The notes under the pieces: generated by a model
Told to the model about the DNA's origin: nothing
The model's database searches: none
What the model saw: only the letters and a program-made list of their open reading frames with translations
Part shown: in pieces, positions 40,196-49,233 of the stretch
How positions within the stretch are numbered: position 1 is the first letter of the stretch
Layout of the letters: every line of letters starts with the position of its first letter
NCBI GenBank assembly: GCA_020353515.1
Contig: CP070695.1
Location: 633,722 to 697,721 of the forward strand
Direction of reading: 5' to 3'
From: Candidatus Heimdallarchaeota archaeon
Lineage (GTDB): Archaea; Asgardarchaeota; Heimdallarchaeia; Hodarchaeales; Hodarchaeaceae
DNA: 64,000 nt
Made by a program: the position numbers and the translations under genes

Positions 40196-40205
40196 ATTTT
40201 TATAG
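40196..40205 (+). promoter_or_regulatory. Putative TATA box for the structured leader and Zn-finger gene
   Basis: ATTTTTATAG lies about 20-25 nt upstream of the first hairpin. Confidence 0.45.
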
Positions 40206-40224
40206 CCCCTCAAGAAAAAAAATT

Positions 40225-40327
40225 ATCTGCCAACTATTTTCACTTGTTGGCAATAGATCACCGAAATTACGTCGGTGTGATACAGTCTGGCTGTATCGGA
40301 AAATGAACCCGCATAGGGCGATTTTCC
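40225..40327 (+). ncRNA. Structured RNA leader with four tandem hairpins; not assigned to a known family
   Basis: TGCCAAC/GTTGGCA; CACCGA/TCGGTG; GATACAG/CTGTATC; GGAAAAT-GAA-CCC/GGG-CG-ATTTTCC; followed by AAGGAGGT SD at 40343-40350. Confidence 0.55.
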
Positions 40328-40356
40328 ACTCCAATAAAAGACAAGGAGGTTAATAA

Positions 40357-40569
40357 ATGACAATAGAAATCGAAGAGAATGTAGATCTCCAACATCGGGC
40401 TGAATTAGAGCTTTTATGCCCTTGGTGTCATACTCACACAATTACAACTATTGTAAATCATGGAACACTTCGTTTGAAGTGTAATGAATGTGGTATGGAC
40501 GCTTTTGTAACCCGAATCCCCCGTAATAAAAAATTATCCGATTACGTCTCACGAAGATTAATCGCGTAA
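40357..40569 (+). CDS. Small zinc-ribbon protein (70 aa)
   Basis: CPWC...CNECG; strong SD AAGGAGGT. Confidence 0.8.
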   Translation: MTIEIEENVDLQHRAELELLCPWCHTHTITTIVNHGTLRLKCNECGMDAFVTRIPRNKKLSDYVSRRLIA

Positions 40570-40859
40570 GATTTTGGGTTTAACCCATGGGAGGAATCGA
40601 AATTCTCAAGTTATATAATTGTGTATGCTCTCTACTTCTCGCTCTGGTCCCTTAAATGATTAATGAGATGGAAGTTGATGATTGAAGCTTTCGTCTCATA
40701 ATTGAAATTCTACTCTATTGCTAAATTCAAACCGTGGATTTTGATTGAACTTCAGTATTCAATATCAAGGGATCAACAATCTTTATGATTCAGTCTTCGG
40801 ATCAAATAAAAGGAAGGAGAGAGTCATCAGATCAAGAGGATGAGCTTCAATATTTATTC

Positions 40860-42176
40860 TCAAGCTCTGTCTGGTTGTTTTTTTAGACCTAAGATATTAG
40901 CGTAGCCATCCATATCCATGAAACCATGCCCGCTAACATTAAAAACTATAGTTTTTTTCTCATTCTCTTTTTTACACTTTACTGCCTCATCTATTGCACA
41001 GGCAATACTATATGCCGATTCAGGTGCCGGTAGAAAGCCTTCTGCTTGCACAAACTCTCTAGCTCTTTCAAAAACATATTTTTCATCTTCAGGATAAGCC
41101 ACTGTGTCAATGTAATTATGATGCCTCAATAAACTTAAAATTGGTGCACAGCCATGATATCGAAGACCATCACCTCGGATTGGAACCATTGTTATCTGGT
41201 GACCCAAGGTATACATTTTTAACATTGGAGTCATTTCAGCGTGGTCTGCAAAATCATACTTGTATTCTCCTTGTAGATTTGGAGCTGCTTTGCTTTGTGA
41301 AGCAATGAATTTAATTTCTGTCTTCTTTGTAAGAACATCATGCATAAAAGGAAGAGCAATACCCCCAAAGTTACTACCTCCTCCAAGACATGAAATTACA
41401 ATATCTGGATATTCACCAGCAAGTTCCATTTGAGTTTTTGTTTCAAGTCCAATAATGGATTGATGTAACATAACATGATTTAATACAGACCCAAGGCAAT
41501 ATACTGCGTTTGGGTCTTTCTTAGCATCTTCTAGCCCTTCAGAAATTGCAATTCCTAATGAACCATTATGATTGGGATCTTCTTTGTATAATTTCTTACC
41601 AAATTCTGTTCTGTTGCTAGGTGATGCATATACATCTGCGCCGTACATCTGCATAAATTTTAATCGTTGTTCTTTCCAACGATAGACAGCTCTAACCCAA
41701 AAAATCGTACAATCTAGATCATTCAAGCTTGCGGCGTATGCAAGTGCGTTACCCCATTGACCCGCTCCTGTTTCTGTCGTAAGTCGTTCAAATCCTTCTT
41801 GTTTTGCGTAATAAGCTTGAGCTAGGGCTGTGTTAACTTTATGACTGCCTGTTGGGCTATAAAACTCTGATTTATAGAATAATTTTGCAGGGGTTCCTAA
41901 CTTATTTTCTAGATTTTTTGCTCTGAATAATGGTCTAGGTCTTCCTGCAGCTAAGAATAATTCACGAATTCCTTCAGGAATTGGAACCCATCGCTGATCT
42001 GACATCTCCTGCTTCAAACATTCTTGTAAAAGCATATTGGGGAGATCATCAACTCTTGAATACCCTTCAGGGGGATCCTTAGGTGGTGGAAGCGGTTCAG
42101 GTAAATCTGGGATAATATTATACCACTTATCAGGTAATTCTTCAGCTTTGAGAATGATTTCTCTATTTGTATTCAT
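40860..42176 (-). CDS. trpB2: TrpB-like PLP enzyme (TrpB2)
   Basis: WYNI, GSHKVNTA, TTETGAGQWG, GSLGIAISE, GSVLNHV, GGGSNF, GLRYHG, PAPES, SGHG. Confidence 0.95.
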   Translation of the reverse strand: MNTNREIILKAEELPDKWYNIIPDLPEPLPPPKDPPEGYSRVDDLPNMLLQECLKQEMSDQRWVPIPEGIRELFLAAGRPRPLFRAKNLENKLGTPAKLFYKSEFYSPTGSHKVNTALAQAYYAKQEGFERLTTETGAGQWGNALAYAASLNDLDCTIFWVRAVYRWKEQRLKFMQMYGADVYASPSNRTEFGKKLYKEDPNHNGSLGIAISEGLEDAKKDPNAVYCLGSVLNHVMLHQSIIGLETKTQMELAGEYPDIVISCLGGGSNFGGIALPFMHDVLTKKTEIKFIASQSKAAPNLQGEYKYDFADHAEMTPMLKMYTLGHQITMVPIRGDGLRYHGCAPILSLLRHHNYIDTVAYPEDEKYVFERAREFVQAEGFLPAPESAYSIACAIDEAVKCKKENEKKTIVFNVSGHGFMDMDGYANILGLKKQPDRA

Positions 42177-42290
42177 GGTTTACACCTTTAGCTTCGATGA
42201 AGAGATGCGATAAACAATTTTTTATGCTTTCTGTGATCTATTAAAGAATTCTGGCGTTCAATTCAGGATTTTTTTCATTAATCAATAGAA

Positions 42291-43481
42291 TCATGAAAAG
42301 AAAGATTGAATTCGTGTGCCAGCTTCTCGGATATCTTCTTGATTTAAAAATCCATAAGACACACGCACATGATCTGGAGTTGCGGTTCCAAATTCTGATC
42401 CTGGAACGACAACTATCTGACATTCCTCTAAAAGACACTCTGAGAATTTTGTTCCATTCATCCCAAGTCCACTGACATCAGGATAAATGTAAAAAGCGCC
42501 AAGGGGATTATAATCTACTTTTATTCCATCTACAGAAGTGAAAGCCTTAATAGTCTCTGTTCGTCTTTTAGTAAGCTCTTCCATCATTGAATTTCGGATA
42601 GAGGAGGGAGAATCCAGAGCTATTTTGGCAGCTATTTGAGCTGGGCTATTTGCACAAGCTGTATTATATTGATGAACTAATGAAATAGAAGAAAGGATTT
42701 CAGGGGGAGCTAGAACATAACCAATCCGAAAACCAGTCATACAATAAGTCTTGGAAAAAGATGAAATGATAATCACGTTATCATAGTCAATTTCTGCTGC
42801 ACAGGTGTGTTGATGACCATTATAGGTAATAGCCTCGTATGCTTCGTCAGATATTACGAGTATTCCTTTATCTGAAGCAATTTCTACAACTGCTTTGATT
42901 TGTTCACGAATCATTACACTTCCAGTAGGATTACAAGGGAAGTTCAGAACAAGAGCTTTGGTTTTAGAGTTAATAGTTTCATTCACTGCGTCTGCTTCTA
43001 GCTCAAAATTGTTATTCAAAGGAATTGGTTTTACTTTACCCCCGGCGAGTCTAATCTGAGCAGCATAATAACCGAAAGTAGGATCTTGGATAAGAATTTC
43101 ATCACCAGGCTCAACATAGGCAATAAATGTATCGATCAAAGCTTCTAAGCAACCTGAGGTTACTACTACTTGGTTTGGTGAATAATCAAGATGATATTTG
43201 GCTTTATATCTTTCAACTATTGCCTCTCGTAATTCTTGAAGGCCTGCATTTGGAGAGTAACGATGAGAAACGGGATCATCAAGAGCAATTTTCAGTCGGT
43301 CGATGATTTCAGGCATAGTCGGGATATTTAGGTTTCCAAGCCCAAAAGAGAGAATCTTATGTGAGGTGGATTTAGCAATTTTGTGCTCCAATTCAAACAG
43401 TTTTCTCAATCCTGATGGGCGGATTCGTGACATACGACTGGCAGATCGTTTAGGATTACGAGACTTCTTCTCTACTGTCAT
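42291..43481 (-). CDS. PLP-dependent class I/II aminotransferase (aspartate aminotransferase-like)
   Basis: YSPNAGLQELRE, PCNPTG, SDEAYE, SFSKTYCMTGFRIGY, GAFY. Confidence 0.93.
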   Translation of the reverse strand: MTVEKKSRNPKRSASRMSRIRPSGLRKLFELEHKIAKSTSHKILSFGLGNLNIPTMPEIIDRLKIALDDPVSHRYSPNAGLQELREAIVERYKAKYHLDYSPNQVVVTSGCLEALIDTFIAYVEPGDEILIQDPTFGYYAAQIRLAGGKVKPIPLNNNFELEADAVNETINSKTKALVLNFPCNPTGSVMIREQIKAVVEIASDKGILVISDEAYEAITYNGHQHTCAAEIDYDNVIIISSFSKTYCMTGFRIGYVLAPPEILSSISLVHQYNTACANSPAQIAAKIALDSPSSIRNSMMEELTKRRTETIKAFTSVDGIKVDYNPLGAFYIYPDVSGLGMNGTKFSECLLEECQIVVVPGSEFGTATPDHVRVSYGFLNQEDIREAGTRIQSFFS

Positions 43482-43633
43482 TCTATTTGCCTAATCCTTT
43501 GTATTTTTATGAAAAAAAGAATCTTAATAATGAAAAGGAGATGATAATGAAAAACTTGTGTTTCATAACTGTTTGCTGAAAGACATGAATAGTTCCTTAA
43601 GTCTTTCTTTTTATTTCGTACAATTGTGATAAA

Positions 43634-44269
43634 ATGTTATCATTTCCAAAAATAATTCTTGCCTCCCAATCCCCAGCTCGTGCAAAGGTGTTAGGGCAGA
43701 TTCAAATTCCTTTCCTTGCTATCCCAAGTAAAATTGATGAAAATAGTGATGAGAATAAGACCGTAGATCCCCAAAAGTATGTATTACGAATTTCCCAGAA
43801 AAAAGTTACCAGTGTTGCCATTCAACAGCAATATGAACAAAAAAATTATGTTATTGTAGGATGTGATACAGTGGTCGTGAGTTCTTCGAACACGATCATT
43901 GGAAAACCTAAGAATCGGGAGGAAGCAGCTTTTGTATTACGAATCTTATCTGGGGATTCACATACGGTCATAACTGGTTGTACTATTGTCATTTATCCAG
44001 ATAAAGTCAAATATCAGACTGTAGTTTCTACAGTAGTTAATTTTAGGACACTTGTAGACGAAGAGATAAATTATTACTTGGAAAAAGGTGAATGGAAAAA
44101 TAAAGCAGGAGGTTATGCCATTCAGGGCTTAGGTGCTATATTAATAGATAAAATAGAAGGAGATTACTACAACATTGTAGGTTTACCTGTAAGTTGGATT
44201 TGGCAGACCCTTTGGAACCATTACGGAAAAAAGCTTCTTCTAATAAAGAAAGAAATAGATAAGAGGTAA
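43634..44269 (+). CDS. maf: Maf-family nucleoside triphosphate pyrophosphatase
   Basis: ILASQSPAR, GCDTVV, GKP, LSG..H, KAGGYAIQG, GDYYNIVGLP. Confidence 0.95.
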   Translation: MLSFPKIILASQSPARAKVLGQIQIPFLAIPSKIDENSDENKTVDPQKYVLRISQKKVTSVAIQQQYEQKNYVIVGCDTVVVSSSNTIIGKPKNREEAAFVLRILSGDSHTVITGCTIVIYPDKVKYQTVVSTVVNFRTLVDEEINYYLEKGEWKNKAGGYAIQGLGAILIDKIEGDYYNIVGLPVSWIWQTLWNHYGKKLLLIKKEIDKR

Positions 44270-44286
44270 AACTTTCTGATTTGATG

Positions 44287-44565
44287 TCAAGCTGCATTTG
44301 TTGTCTGAACATGAAACAATGACGTTCGCATATCACTAAAGTTTGCGACTTTTGTGACTAAACCAATTCCAATCAACTTTTTCAGAGCATTCCGAATGGT
44401 TCGATCAGAATATGTACATCTTTTCTCCAGATCTCCTGATGTTAAAGGTCCCTCTTGTGATAATATCTCAAAAATTCTCTTTGCACTCTGAGGCAAAGGT
44501 ATTGAATCGATTATAGACGAAATAACGCCTTTATTTTCTTCATCATCTAACAGAATTTGCATCAA
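44287..44565 (-). CDS. Small winged-helix transcriptional regulator
   Basis: LPQSAKRIFEIL..EGPLT...YSDRTIRNALKKL...DMR. Confidence 0.85.
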   Translation of the reverse strand: MMQILLDDEENKGVISSIIDSIPLPQSAKRIFEILSQEGPLTSGDLEKRCTYSDRTIRNALKKLIGIGLVTKVANFSDMRTSLFHVQTTNAA

Positions 44566-44642
44566 ATTCTTTTTTCACCAATTATATCTTTTTTAAGTGG
44601 AATATGAGCAGAACCAACGTCAAATAGTAGGATTGATTTGCT

Positions 44643-44711
44643 TTGTTTGTGATGTTGCTTTAGTTGTTTGTGTTGTTGCTTGTGTTGGTCTTGTTGCGCG
44701 ACATATTTAAA
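44643..44711 (-). promoter_or_regulatory. TATA box plus 18-bp direct repeats (candidate operator) upstream of the wHTH gene
   Basis: Minus-strand TTTAAATA at 44704-44711; + strand TTGTTTGTGATGTTGCTT (44643-44660) and TTGTTTGTGTTGTTGCTT (44664-44681), one mismatch, 21-bp period. Confidence 0.5.
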
Positions 44712-44862
44712 CCTTTGCATCAATTTGAAAATCGTTTTTTTTAAGAGGAAATTGTAGTTCTTACCAAGAAAAGTCAAAGGAGTACTACAAAATAAGTGGA
44801 AAAAAAACAGGTAAGAGATTGCTTAAGAAATCCTCATAAAAATCGATATCATTTAAGTTAAG

Positions 44863-45169
44863 TGGAACAGACCAGAACTTCGGGGCTTCCACACTAGTTC
44901 GGTTGAACTTGATGGTACTTAAGACCCGAGCCCGAAAAGCATAACCCCTCGGTCTTAGGGCTGTTCATTCCCATGCCTGACCCGTTTTAACCTTGCATTC
45001 TTATTCCTCTCTCCAGAGGAATCTCAGCAAGAGGTCACCTAGTCGGAGGATCTCTCATTGCACTTATCAAGGAGCCTTACTAGGCTTAGGCATCTCGGTT
45101 CTGGGATTAAGCTCGTCATATAGCGTTACGATATAGCTGAGCCGCTATCCTCAGCCGCCTACTGTTCCA
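44863..45169 (-). ncRNA. ffs: Archaeal signal recognition particle RNA (7S)
   Basis: Terminal helix UGGAACAG/CUGUUCCA; helix 6 UUCCUCU-GGAG-AGAGGAA; helix 8 GGGUCAGG-CAU-GGGA-AUG-AACAGCCC; ~307 nt; TATA-like element at ~45190-45198. Confidence 0.9.
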
Positions 45170-45416
45170 TGTAGTTTGTCTTTTGCACCTTTATAAATAT
45201 CGCCCCTTGTAAATAGGTGGGTTTCTCTGCGAGTTATCTACAGCTATTGTAGAAGCTTTTTTGCTTTACCGAAGTTAATTAAATAATGAGTTTAATATCC
45301 ATTTAAGAAAAAGCTTAGGAAAGATTAAATAAATTCAGAGAAGAGATGGTAATAAGGTTCACTCATCAAATCTTAAGCTGACGATTATAATTTTAACAAA
45401 ATTTGGTTGATTTTTC

Positions 45417-45911
45417 TTGGCCCTTTCCAATAATACTTCAAAGAAATCGAAAACTGGGCTTCGACAGGTATTGATTGACATCGTGAATTCTCTCGATGGT
45501 ATCTACTCTGGTTTTTGTGTCGATACAGACGGCCTCTTAATCGAAGAAGTAAATCTTGAAGCCACAATGGGGAAAGAAAGTAGCCTTATCCTTTGTTCAC
45601 TTGTAGCTGGCATTCAATCAAACATGGATATCATAGGTCATGAGATTGGAAGTTCCCCTTGGGTCTCTTTTACTGCTGAAAGCAGCAATTACAAATTTTT
45701 TTTACGAGCAATTGGCCAGGTTGCCTTTTTAGGCGTATTAACCGATCCATATGTGGATCTCGAGCTGTTGAAGTTAATAATTGGACCGGCTGTAGATTCG
45801 ATATTACAAATAATTCAACAGTGGTCTCCACTAAAGCGCCCTCAAACACAATTTTCCTCTTTATCTATTACTAGAGAAGACTTAGATAAAATGCTATCAA
45901 TGAAGAAGTGA
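45417..45911 (+). CDS. Roadblock/LC7-domain protein
   Basis: GIYSGFCVDTDGLLI...IGHEIG...FLGVLTDPYVDLELLK. Confidence 0.8.
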   Translation: MALSNNTSKKSKTGLRQVLIDIVNSLDGIYSGFCVDTDGLLIEEVNLEATMGKESSLILCSLVAGIQSNMDIIGHEIGSSPWVSFTAESSNYKFFLRAIGQVAFLGVLTDPYVDLELLKLIIGPAVDSILQIIQQWSPLKRPQTQFSSLSITREDLDKMLSMKK

Positions 45912-45932
45912 ATTACTCTGGCTAAACCTCCT

Positions 45933-46229
45933 GTGCGTGATTCGAAGATTCCTTGTCCTAATTGTAAAAAAGGAACCCTTTTTTGGAACCCTGAAGAGAA
46001 ATTATACGTTTGTACAGAATGTGGAATTCAGGAAGCCGCATTAAAAACATGGATTAGTGCTGCAGAGCATCGTCAGAAAATAAAACAACGAAAACGTGAA
46101 AAAGAACGTCAATGGGCATTAAATATTCTAGGGGTAAAAGACCAACTAAAATCTCCCAAAAAAACAAAACAAGAACAAGAGTGGGATGAACTAATCGAAA
46201 TGATTAAGAAAAAAGAGTCTAAATCTTAA
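45933..46229 (+). CDS. Zinc-ribbon (TFIIB-type) protein with basic helical tail
   Basis: CPNCKKG...YVCTECG. Confidence 0.75.
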   Translation: MRDSKIPCPNCKKGTLFWNPEEKLYVCTECGIQEAALKTWISAAEHRQKIKQRKREKERQWALNILGVKDQLKSPKKTKQEQEWDELIEMIKKKESKS

Positions 46230-46469
46230 AAAAAGTGGGGCTTCATTGAAGCGTTGATTCTCTTTCATTTTTTGAGAAGGAAAATAATGATTTTTCTCCA
46301 GATTAAACTTGATTTATAATTATAGAACATAATAACGTTTAATCTTCGATTAATTTGTAAAATCGAAGATAATTTGAAAAGACTTAATTAAAGCATTAAG
46401 AATCTTAAGTATGATAATGAACTCACCTCTTAAACTGAGGAGTCTTTTCAATTCAGTCTTTACAAACAA

Positions 46470-47789
46470 ATGGTGAGCCCAAGAATCATGGAAACATTCG
46501 ATAGGCGAGGAGACATTCCTATTCATTTTTTCTTAGCCCTTATTGTCTTTGATGAAGAACATGGACCTGTCTTAAACTCTTATTTGACTCATGGGTTAAA
46601 AATTCCGAAAATAATACTTCAGGGGGTTACAACTACTCTATTTACAATGGCTATTGGAGTCGGTGAACCAACAGGAGAACCTGAGACAGCAATTATTCCA
46701 ATAAATGTCACAGGAATCCAAGGCCGCATATTGATTCACTCATTTGTAATTGATGATCCAGAAGCGAGAGGAAGAAATCGGATTGAAAGCTTCATGTTGT
46801 TTATTCCTCGGGCTCATCAGGATAAATTGTTACAACACTCCTTAGCCTTCTCAAACATTCTACAAGAGGCCATCCATGAAAAAAAATATTTTATAAATAA
46901 CAGTAAGCAAGAAATTTATTCCTTGGATAATGTTTTTGAAAATATCAAGAAAATACTATTAACTAAAATCGATAATACCCTTCAAGATCGAATCAGTGAT
47001 ATTTGTACCGATAAAGAAACTGTATTAGTTTCTGATGGAACCATCAGAGCTGTACATAACATAATTTTGTCTCCAGATATAATTTCATTAGTGAATAAAA
47101 TCCCTTCACTCATACAAGATTATGAGGATGAGCTTAAAACATTTGGAACCTTTTTTGATGCACTTCCCATCGAAATTCATGGAAAAACTTATAGTAATCA
47201 CCAATTTTATATGGTATACATTAGAAATAACTTCATAATCGCCTTTAGTTCAGGTAAAGGGCGTCTAGGAAGTCTGTTTAGAAACTTCCGTGAAATTCTT
47301 TGGAATCTAAGCTTGCAGAGTAATCTTTCTTCACAATCTTCAATATCACGATACTCAACAACAATCAAAAATGAAAGTGAGCTATTTCCTCAAAATCAGT
47401 TTTTAGACAAGAGTTTTCAACTATTAAAGAGTTTTCAGCCAATTATTACAGATGTATCTCTTTCACGTTGTAATATGAATGTAGTAGAGACACTTCGTAC
47501 AAGTTCTAATCGCATTGTAAAAAAACACGCTTTAATTTGCCAAATCTTTGAAGCTATTAACAATATTTGTTCACGCTTATTCCGAACAGATTTGGTTCAG
47601 GTAGTTTTATCTCAACATGGGACAAATGCTATTGCATTAAAGTGGGCAACCAATAGTGAGGATGATACTTCTTTATTTATGGTTGGTGACTCCACTAAGG
47701 GAGTTGGGTTATTAAAACTTGTTGGTGAACAAGTCTTAGAATACAGAGGAAAACCTGACTCGTACACTAATATCACACCTGATTTATGA
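46470..47789 (+). CDS. Folliculin/SMCR8-like (u-DENN) longin domain fused to roadblock-like domains
   Basis: FDEEHGP and HSFVIDDPEARG..R motifs; C-terminal segments ending 'GKGRLGSL' and 'TKGVGLLKL' resemble roadblock C-termini. Confidence 0.65.
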   Translation: MVSPRIMETFDRRGDIPIHFFLALIVFDEEHGPVLNSYLTHGLKIPKIILQGVTTTLFTMAIGVGEPTGEPETAIIPINVTGIQGRILIHSFVIDDPEARGRNRIESFMLFIPRAHQDKLLQHSLAFSNILQEAIHEKKYFINNSKQEIYSLDNVFENIKKILLTKIDNTLQDRISDICTDKETVLVSDGTIRAVHNIILSPDIISLVNKIPSLIQDYEDELKTFGTFFDALPIEIHGKTYSNHQFYMVYIRNNFIIAFSSGKGRLGSLFRNFREILWNLSLQSNLSSQSSISRYSTTIKNESELFPQNQFLDKSFQLLKSFQPIITDVSLSRCNMNVVETLRTSSNRIVKKHALICQIFEAINNICSRLFRTDLVQVVLSQHGTNAIALKWATNSEDDTSLFMVGDSTKGVGLLKLVGEQVLEYRGKPDSYTNITPDL

Positions 47790-47804
47790 TGAGGAGAACG
47801 GTTC

Positions 47805-49190
47805 TTGGAAGTAGCAGTAGATCTACATGCTCATTCGGTCTTTGCTGGTGGAACTCAAGCTCTTGCGATAACACCAGAGAAAAAGAGTATAAACCAGAAA
47901 AAAGCTATTTCTCATTTAACAAAGACAAACCAAACAATGCCCTTAAAGGGTATCGATTTAATCGGTACAGGTGACTGTCAATTCACCTTATGGACAGAAA
48001 TTCTTAAGGAAATTCTCTCTGAAGATACGGATGGAATATTTTTCCTTCAAAATAAAAGACAGACACGCTTTTTACTACAAACTGAAATGATATTTACTGC
48101 GAAAATGGGTAAATACTCAAAAGAAACACATGTTATTTTTCTTTTTCCAAATTTTCCTTTAGTAGAAGAATTTCGAGCATTACTGGACGGATGGAGGGTT
48201 AAACACCAGAAAATGGCGAGACCATTCATTCCATGCCAATCCTCTAGTCAGGTTGCAGAACGTATTCACTCCATATTAGATTTAAATCCTTGGGTGGAGG
48301 CTATTCCCTCGCATATTATGACACCGCAGGGTGTTTTTGGATCTGGTAAGGGAAATATTCGAGTTAATCATCTAGTTGACTTTTTTGATTCAGTTACATC
48401 AAGATTGAAAATTTTTGAAACTGGACTATCAGCTGATCCAGAATTTTTGAGATTAATTCCAGAATTAGATGATAAAGTGTTAATTTCAAATTCTGATGCT
48501 CATTCAAGTGCCTTACATCGAATGGGACGGGAATATACTGTATTATCTACCTCGAGAATTGCCTATAAGAGTATCATTTCAGCTTTACGTAATAATCATG
48601 TTCTATACACTGCTGAATTTCCCCCAGAAGAGGGACGGTTTTTTCTCACAGGTCACCGAGCTGGGAGGAAACGACCAGGTTTTCATGGTGAAAGTGATTA
48701 CTGTTACTTTTCTCCTCAGCATGTTCCTTCAAACGATGTCTGCCCAATCTGCAATAAATCTCTCACAATAGGTGTATTCCAGAGGTGTGTTGAGATTAGC
48801 CAAGCTCAAGAAGGAAAGAGAGAACTAGGAGATGTTATTTCCCCCAGGAAATTCATTCGTATGGTACCTTTGATAGATATATTGAGTCATGTACTAGAAA
48901 TAAAAACAAAGACAGCAAAATCTTTAGTCAACAAATATCGTCAGATTATTAACATTATAGGGCCTGAACGAATGTTATGGCAATTGACTTCTGAGGATGT
49001 TGAATCTATGCTGAATGGCCATATAGAAAAGCCCATACTGAAGGCAATCCTCGAAGTTAAAGCTGGGGATTTCACATTTAAACCATATGGGTTTGATGGA
49101 GTTTATGGTACTTTAGTAATTGGCCAGAGGGGAAATTATAAAAATGTTAATGTGATTCATTCTTCAAAACCAATTCAACAAACACTTTAA
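47805..49190 (+). CDS. Endonuclease Q family (PHP domain, COG1379)
   Basis: DLHAHS, IGTGD, P.HIMTP, ETGLSAD, SNSDAHS, GRE, CPIC...GV..R, GFDGVYG. Confidence 0.88.
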   Translation: MEVAVDLHAHSVFAGGTQALAITPEKKSINQKKAISHLTKTNQTMPLKGIDLIGTGDCQFTLWTEILKEILSEDTDGIFFLQNKRQTRFLLQTEMIFTAKMGKYSKETHVIFLFPNFPLVEEFRALLDGWRVKHQKMARPFIPCQSSSQVAERIHSILDLNPWVEAIPSHIMTPQGVFGSGKGNIRVNHLVDFFDSVTSRLKIFETGLSADPEFLRLIPELDDKVLISNSDAHSSALHRMGREYTVLSTSRIAYKSIISALRNNHVLYTAEFPPEEGRFFLTGHRAGRKRPGFHGESDYCYFSPQHVPSNDVCPICNKSLTIGVFQRCVEISQAQEGKRELGDVISPRKFIRMVPLIDILSHVLEIKTKTAKSLVNKYRQIINIIGPERMLWQLTSEDVESMLNGHIEKPILKAILEVKAGDFTFKPYGFDGVYGTLVIGQRGNYKNVNVIHSSKPIQQTL

Positions 49191-49233
49191 TCTGCTGTTT
49201 ATTTTTCTAACAAGTAAAGATTTCAGTTAATAA

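Noticed and set aside
40298-40327. SECIS element
   Set aside because: The GAA-CCC/GGG and AUGA/GA features are suggestive, but the upper stem is only 3 bp, the element lies 5' of the gene, and no in-frame UGA selenoprotein candidate was seen nearby.
44643-44699. CRISPR array
   Set aside because: Only two 18-bp copies 3 nt apart, no spacers and no cas genes.
44562-44777. 71-aa Gln/His-rich ORF
   Set aside because: It is a translation of the low-complexity CAA repeat and promoter region; better explained as regulatory DNA.
44919-44957. Extra hairpin insertion in the SRP RNA
   Set aside because: The same bases pair satisfactorily as the 3' strand of the normal helix 5, so no additional helix is needed.
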